Assembly: GCA_963663235.2 (NCBI GenBank)
Contig: CAXXNO010000004.1
Span: 288,001-352,000, forward strand
Origin: Dehalococcoidia bacterium
Lineage (GTDB): Bacteria > Chloroflexota > Dehalococcoidia > Bin125
DNA: 64,000 nt
Direction of reading: 5' to 3'
Shown here: positions 58,801 to 64,000 of the stretch, piece after piece
How positions within the stretch are numbered: the stretch's first letter is position 1
Layout of the letters: each line of letters starts with the position of its first letter
Program-made: the position numbers and the translations under genes
The notes under the pieces: generated by a model
What the model was told of the DNA's origin: nothing
Databases searched by the model: none
The model's input: only the letters and a program-made list of their open reading frames with translations

Positions 58801-59582
58801 AGGCCCTGAAAGCGCGGCTCGCGCTTCTCCGCAAAGGCGTTCAGTCCCTCCTGGAAATCCGCGCTGGCCAGGAGCATGTCTTCCAGGTGGTCCTCCAGGG
58901 CCAGGGCGTGGATGAGGGGCATCTCCAGGCCGCGCAGGAGCGCCTCCTTGCTTGCGCGCACGGCCAGCGGGGCGCGCTTGGCGATGGTCGTGGCGATGGC
59001 CGTGGCGGTGGATAGCAGGTCTTCCGGCGGCACGATGCGGCTGATCAGGCCGATGCGCAGCGCCGTCTCGGCGTCGATGGGGTCGCCGGTGAGGAGCATC
59101 TCGGCGGCGACGGCCAGGGGGATGGCACGGGGCAGGCGCTGCGTCCCGCCGCCGCCGGGGATGGCGCCCACCGACACCTCCGGCACGCCGAAGCGGGCGT
59201 GGGGCACGGCGATGCGGATGTCACAGCAGAGCACGATCTCCAGCCCGCCGCCGAGGGCCAGCCCGTTGACGGCGGCGATGGTCGGCTTGTCGATGGGCGG
59301 CTCTTTCGTCATGCCGCCGAAGGATATTCCATCGTGGTGCGGGCCCTCGCCGGTGGCCCGCTGGGCTTTGAGGTCGGCGCCGGCGCAGAAGGCGCGGTCG
59401 CCCGCGCCGGTCAGGATGGCGACGTGCAGGCTGTCGTCGTCACGGAAGTCCTGCCAGGCCTGGTACAGCTCGCGCGACGTGTGATTGGCGATGGCGTTGA
59501 GGCGCTCCGGCCGGTCGAGGGTGATGCGGGCGATGGGGCCATCGCGTTCGTAGCGGATGTGGTCGAAGGCGAAGTCAGCCAT
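58797..59582 (-). CDS. Enoyl-CoA hydratase/isomerase
   Basis: AFCAGADL, AAVNGLALGGGLE and PEVSVGAIPGGGGTQRL motifs. Confidence 0.95.
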   Translation of the reverse strand: MADFAFDHIRYERDGPIARITLDRPERLNAIANHTSRELYQAWQDFRDDDSLHVAILTGAGDRAFCAGADLKAQRATGEGPHHDGISFGGMTKEPPIDKPTIAAVNGLALGGGLEIVLCCDIRIAVPHARFGVPEVSVGAIPGGGGTQRLPRAIPLAVAAEMLLTGDPIDAETALRIGLISRIVPPEDLLSTATAIATTIAKRAPLAVRASKEALLRGLEMPLIHALALEDHLEDMLLASADFQEGLNAFAEKREPRFQGL

Positions 59583-59617
59583 GGCGCGGCTCCGATCGGG
59601 ATCGCGCGGAGGTTAGC

Positions 59618-60142
59618 ATGGCGGCGATGAGCGCGCCGTTGCCGCCGCCGCCGGCCGAGCGGATCCGCGAGGTGAAGGAGCGGCTAGACGGTTCCACCAT
59701 GAACTTTTCGCTGGAGCGGTGGCTGGTGCGCGAAGGGTTGGTGGTGGGGCGTTGGGTGGCGGAGGACGATCGCTACGCGCCCGTGGGGACGGTCTCTTGG
59801 GGGGTGTGGTGGCGCGGGCGGCCGTACGGGGCGTACCGCATCCACCGGCCGGACGGGTCGCTGCGGGGCTACCGCGTCGATGTGATCGAGGACGTGCGGA
59901 TCGCGCCGGAGGAGGTGCGGTACCGGGACCTGATCCTGGACGCGTGGCTCTCGCCGTCGGGCGAGGCGCGGTTCGAGGATGAGGAGGAGGTGGAGGCGGC
60001 GATCGCGAGCGGAGTTTTTGACGCCCGGCGGGCCCGCCGGGTGCGGAGGGCGCGGGCGGTGATGGAGCGGGGCGGGGCACGGGTGGTGGCGCGCATCGAC
60101 GCGGCGATCGCGGAGGCGGTGGAGGCGGTGCGGGCGGGCTAG
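59618..60142 (+). CDS. DUF402-domain protein
   Basis: GYRVDV, YRDLILD and EDEEE pattern typical of DUF402. Confidence 0.75.
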   Translation: MAAMSAPLPPPPAERIREVKERLDGSTMNFSLERWLVREGLVVGRWVAEDDRYAPVGTVSWGVWWRGRPYGAYRIHRPDGSLRGYRVDVIEDVRIAPEEVRYRDLILDAWLSPSGEARFEDEEEVEAAIASGVFDARRARRVRRARAVMERGGARVVARIDAAIAEAVEAVRAG

Positions 60143-60331
60143 CCGGGTTGGGGAGGGAACGCCATAGGCGTATTATAGCACGCGAAGTGCGTAACTCCAG
60201 ATAAGCACGTGGCAGATCGCGGCCCGTTGAGCCGTCATCGATGTCCGGGCGGACGGGATCCGGACGGGGAGGGGCGGAGGGCGGCGGGGTCTGGCCTAGA
60301 GGCGGTCAGGCGACGGACAGGGGCCGGTGGG

Positions 60332-60643
60332 CTAGGCGTACTTCTTCACGGCGGCCTCGATCGTCGGCACGATTTTCTCCATCTCGGCGGGGATGAAGGC
60401 GGGGGTGCTTTCGAACTCGGCGTTGAAGGCGAGGAACCAGGGCTCCGCGATGCGGGGCAGGTGGGTGGCGTCCGGAATGTCGATCACGAATACAGACGGC
60501 CGCTTGCCGTTCTCGGCGAGGAAGTAGGCGACCTCCGGCTTCAGGCCCTCGAGGATGGCCTGGAGGGTGGCGCCGACCGTGCCGGCCTTGTCGGCGGCGT
60601 TGAAGACCTCGGTGTCCATGTGGGCATTGCAGAGCACGCGCAT
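60332..60643 (-). CDS. Small ferredoxin-like-fold hypothetical protein (DUF3303/GYD-like)
   Basis: LKPEVAYF, GKR, LPRIAEPWFLAFNA and TPA motifs. Confidence 0.7.
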   Translation of the reverse strand: MRVLCNAHMDTEVFNAADKAGTVGATLQAILEGLKPEVAYFLAENGKRPSVFVIDIPDATHLPRIAEPWFLAFNAEFESTPAFIPAEMEKIVPTIEAAVKKYA

Positions 60644-60721
60644 GGGGGGCACGTCCTTTCCTGAGGGGTCTGCGTGCGGCTTGAGCCGGCGGTCAGTCTA
60701 GCCCATGCATGGGGCCGGGCG

Positions 60722-61189
60722 TCAGTCCCGGGGCCGCTTGGGGATCATGGCCTGGCGAGTGAACTCCAGGACGGTGTCGCCGTGCTGGTTGATGCCGCGG
60801 GTCTTGACGGTGACGATGCCGCGGTCCGGCTGGGATTTGGACTCGCGCACGCCCAGCACCTCGGTGACGGCGTAGAGCGTGTCGCCGTGGAAGACGGGCT
60901 TGGTGTGCACCATGTCAGTGGTGGTGAGGTTGGCGATGGCCTTGCCGCTCACCACGGGCACGGTCATGCCGATCGCGAGGCTGAAGACGAACGGCCCGGG
61001 CACCACCCGCTGGCCGAACTGGGTCTCGGCCGCGTACTTGGCGTCGGAGTGGAGGGGGTGGTGGTTCATGGTGAGCATGCAGAAGAGGACGTCGTCCGCT
61101 TCGGTGATGGTGTGGCCGGGCCAGTGCTCGATCACCTCGCCGACGGTGAACTCTTCCAGGTAGCGCCCGAACTGCTCTTTGGTGGGCAT
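60722..61189 (-). CDS. MaoC-family (R)-specific dehydratase
   Basis: GRYLEEF, TMNHHPLHSD and PVFHGDTL motifs. Confidence 0.93.
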   Translation of the reverse strand: MPTKEQFGRYLEEFTVGEVIEHWPGHTITEADDVLFCMLTMNHHPLHSDAKYAAETQFGQRVVPGPFVFSLAIGMTVPVVSGKAIANLTTTDMVHTKPVFHGDTLYAVTEVLGVRESKSQPDRGIVTVKTRGINQHGDTVLEFTRQAMIPKRPRD

Positions 61190-61209
61190 GCGACCTCTCC
61201 GCGGCGCGG

Positions 61210-62397
61210 CTACTCGACCGCGTACAACTCCAGGAGGCGGCGGGCGATGACGAGTCGCTGGATCTCGTTGGTGCCCTCGCCGATCATCATCAGCGGGACG
61301 TCGCGGTAGTAGCGCTCCACGCTCAGCTCCGTGGTGTAGGCGATGCCGCCGTGGATGCGCATGGCCTCCATGGCGCACTCCGCGGCGATCTCCGAAGCGA
61401 AGAGCTTGGCCATGCCGGCCTCGAGGTCGACGCGCTCGCCGCGGTCCTTCTTGCGCGCCGCCTCTTGAGTGAGGAGCCGGGCGGCGCGGATCTTGGTCGC
61501 CATGTCGGCGAGCTTGAGCTGGATCACCTGGTGCTGGGCGATGGGCTTGCCCATGGTCTGGCGCTGCTGGGCGTAGACGATGGAGGCGTCGAAGGCGGCT
61601 TGGGCCACGCCCACCGCGCGCGCGGCGACGTTGATGCGCCCGACCTCCAGCCCCGCGATCAGTTGCTTGAAACCGTGGCCTTCCTCGCCGCCCAAGAGGT
61701 TGGCGGCGGGCACGCGGGCGTCCTCGTAGAAGAGCTCGCCGGTCTGCGGGCCCTTGTAGCCCAGCTTGTCCAGCATGCGGCCCACGGTGAAGCCGGGTGT
61801 GCCCCGCTCCACGATGAAGGCGCTGATGCCGCGGTGGCGGGGCTGCGCGTTGGGGTCCGTCTTGGCCAACGTCAGGTAGACACCGGCGCGGTCAGCGTTG
61901 GTGACGAAGAGCTTGTTGCCGTTGAGGAGGTAGTCGTCGCCGTCGCGCTTGGCGGTGGAGCGGATGGCCTGGACGTCGGAGCCGGCGTTGGGCTCGGTGA
62001 CGCAGAAGGAGGCTTGGGTCTCGCCGCTGACGATGCCGCGCAGGAAGCGGTCCTTCTGGTCCTGGGTGCCGAAGTTCTGAATGGCCCAGCCATCGATCAC
62101 GTTGGTGTTGATCATGCCGGCCAGGCCCATCCAGCCGCGGGCGATCTCCTCGATGACCGCGGCGTAGGTCTCGAAGGAGAGGCCGAGGCCGCCGTACTCC
62201 GCAGGGAAGGTGATGGAGAAGATCCCCATCTCCAGCATGTCCTTGTGCAGCTCGGTGGGAAACTTGTTGGCGTGCTCGAATTCGTCGGCGACGGGGATGA
62301 CTTTGTCGTCCACCCAACGCCGGACGTTGCGCACGATGTCGATGCCGACCTCGCCGTCGCCGGCGCGGATTTCGCGGACGTCTGTGATAGCGCTCAT
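61210..62397 (-). CDS. Acyl-CoA dehydrogenase
   Basis: TEPNAGSD, NGNKLFVTN, HGGIAY and IGEGTNEIQ motifs. Confidence 0.96.
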   Translation of the reverse strand: MSAITDVREIRAGDGEVGIDIVRNVRRWVDDKVIPVADEFEHANKFPTELHKDMLEMGIFSITFPAEYGGLGLSFETYAAVIEEIARGWMGLAGMINTNVIDGWAIQNFGTQDQKDRFLRGIVSGETQASFCVTEPNAGSDVQAIRSTAKRDGDDYLLNGNKLFVTNADRAGVYLTLAKTDPNAQPRHRGISAFIVERGTPGFTVGRMLDKLGYKGPQTGELFYEDARVPAANLLGGEEGHGFKQLIAGLEVGRINVAARAVGVAQAAFDASIVYAQQRQTMGKPIAQHQVIQLKLADMATKIRAARLLTQEAARKKDRGERVDLEAGMAKLFASEIAAECAMEAMRIHGGIAYTTELSVERYYRDVPLMMIGEGTNEIQRLVIARRLLELYAVE

Positions 62398-63290
62398 AGC
62401 CGTAGCGCAGCCTCCTGTTCCTCCACTTGGCGCTGCCAGTCCAGCAGCTCATAGGCGCGGATGACGATGGGCCGGTCGATCATCGCACCGTCCAGCGCTA
62501 TCGCCCCCAGCCCTTGCCGTTCGCCTTCCTCGTAGGCCTCCACCACGCGCCGCGCCCAGCCCACATCCTCGGCGTTGGGGGCGAACACCCGGTTGGCGAT
62601 CTCAACCTGCGACGGGTGGATGCAGAACTTCCCTCGGTAGCCCAGGCCGCGCGCGTGGGTGACCTCCTTGTGGAAGTGCTCCGAGTCGCGGAAATCGGAC
62701 TCGGGCGCGTCGATGGGCACCAGCCCGGCCGCGCGCGCGGCGATGGCGACGTTGGCGCGGGGGTACTCCAGTTCCGTGCCCTCGCGGGTGCGGTGCACGC
62801 CGAGGCTGGTGACAAAGTCCTCGCCGCCCAAGGCCGCGCCGATGAGCCGCGGCGAGGCGGTGCAGATCTCGTGGGAGCGGGCGAGCCCTTCGGTGTTCTC
62901 GATCCAGGGGATGAGGGTGACGTGGCCCGGCTCCATGTCCCGCGTCTTCTCCAGAAAGGTGAGGTAGTGGTCGATCTGGTGGATGTCCGCGGCGCTATCG
63001 ACCTTGGGGATGTTGACGCCGTGCAGCCAGGGGCCGACGACGGCGTCGAGGTCGAGCTCGGCGAGGCCCGTGTCGAGGCCGTTGATGCGGACGTAGAGCA
63101 GCCGTCCCTTGGCGGGGAAGTCGCGGATGGCTTTGGCGACCATCTCGCGCGCCGCGGCCTTCTCCGGCTCGGCGACGGAATCTTCCAGGTCGAAGCAGAT
63201 GACGTCGGCAGGGATCTCCTTGGCGCGCTCCAAGAAGCGCTCACGGATGCCCGGGACGGACATCATGCTGCGGAGAATGCGCGCGGCCAC
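62394..63290 (-). CDS. CitE/HpcH-family CoA-ester lyase
   Basis: FDLEDSV, YVRIN, IPKV, WIE, GGEDF and IHPSQ motifs. Confidence 0.93.
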   Translation of the reverse strand: MAARILRSMMSVPGIRERFLERAKEIPADVICFDLEDSVAEPEKAAAREMVAKAIRDFPAKGRLLYVRINGLDTGLAELDLDAVVGPWLHGVNIPKVDSAADIHQIDHYLTFLEKTRDMEPGHVTLIPWIENTEGLARSHEICTASPRLIGAALGGEDFVTSLGVHRTREGTELEYPRANVAIAARAAGLVPIDAPESDFRDSEHFHKEVTHARGLGYRGKFCIHPSQVEIANRVFAPNAEDVGWARRVVEAYEEGERQGLGAIALDGAMIDRPIVIRAYELLDWQRQVEEQEAALRL

Positions 63291-63375
63291 GGATCGCCCT
63301 CCTCGAATGGAGCAGGCATGGAGCAGGCGCAGGATACCGTGCCCGTCGCGGGCTGCAAACAGGACGCGGCGGCCG

Positions 63376-63999
63376 CTAGGTCTCGCGCGGCGCAGGGAAG
63401 ATCGACTCGAAGGCGCGCGCGACCGCCGCGCTCGCGGTGAGCTTGCCGCGCAGGCCCAGCGCCTGGACGCCCCGGGCGGCGGCGATCTCCGCTTCCACCG
63501 TGGCATCGGTCTCCGAGCCGTCCACCGCGGGGAGCCCGGCGGCCCGGGCGGCGAAGAGCACGGTGGCGCGCGGGTAGTCGAGGGCGTGGTCAGGGCCGGA
63601 GGCGGTGAGATCGAGCTCGGTGCGCAGCGCGGGACCGTCCAGGCCGAGCCAAGTGAGCCGGTGCGAGGCCCGCGCGATGTCGGCGGCGTGGACCAACGCC
63701 CCGGCGCTCGCGATCCAGCCGCCGAGGGCGGTGAGGCCCGGGGTGATGCCCGCGTTGCTCTCCGCCTCCTCCAGGGCGCTGTCCACGTACCGCAGTTGCG
63801 TGACGGCGAGGAGCCCGGGCACGGAAACGCCGTAGACACCCGGGATCAGGCAGCCGAGAAGATCGTCCCGGACGGCGCGCGTGGCCACGGGATGGACGTG
63901 CAGGTAGAGCCGGTGCCCGCGCTCGACGAGTTGGGCGGCGGCCCGGCGTGCGGCATCGCGGTCGGGCGGCTCCGCGGCGGAGAGATCGAGGAGAGTGGC
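63376..63999 (-). CDS. Divergent CitE-like protein (5' end outside the window)
   Basis: Frame is open to the window edge; LDYPRATVLFAARAAGLPAVDG and ALGLRGK are colinear with the neighbouring CitE. Confidence 0.75.
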   Translation of the reverse strand, partial: ATLLDLSAAEPPDRDAARRAAAQLVERGHRLYLHVHPVATRAVRDDLLGCLIPGVYGVSVPGLLAVTQLRYVDSALEEAESNAGITPGLTALGGWIASAGALVHAADIARASHRLTWLGLDGPALRTELDLTASGPDHALDYPRATVLFAARAAGLPAVDGSETDATVEAEIAAARGVQALGLRGKLTASAAVARAFESIFPAPRET

Positions 64000-64000
64000 G

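Overview
High-GC bacterial chromosome segment that spans the replication origin. The dnaA-oriC-obgE-nadD...gyrB layout with no adjacent dnaN resembles Dehalococcoidia (Chloroflexota); this taxonomy is inferred. Most genes left of about 41 kb are on the minus strand and most genes from 43-54 kb are on the plus strand. Housekeeping genes include dnaB, rplI, purL/Q/M/F/A, folP/K, lgt, murT/gatD, ychF, gyrB, coaX/BC, rpsO-pnp and dapB-asd-dapA. There is a split-cytochrome-b Rieske/cytb operon, an Rrf2-led sulfur-carrier cysteine-synthesis cluster (Ubl-E1 fusion, CysO, CysM, rhodanese, JAMM protease) and a CitE/ACAD/MaoC cluster. Signals the ORF track misses or truncates: (1) two glutaredoxin-fold genes, each with an in-frame TGA at the first Cys of the CxxC motif and a downstream SECIS-like hairpin (candidate selenoproteins); (2) a tandem pair of paralogous 40/47-aa desulforedoxin-like microproteins with their own promoter; (3) a B. 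subtilis-type basal unwinding system (tandem DnaA boxes plus DnaA-trios) in oriC; (4) a candidate structured RNA between purL and rplI. Several frameshifts look like assembly errors, and a few genes are truncated remnants. No rRNA, tRNA, CRISPR array or mobile element was seen.
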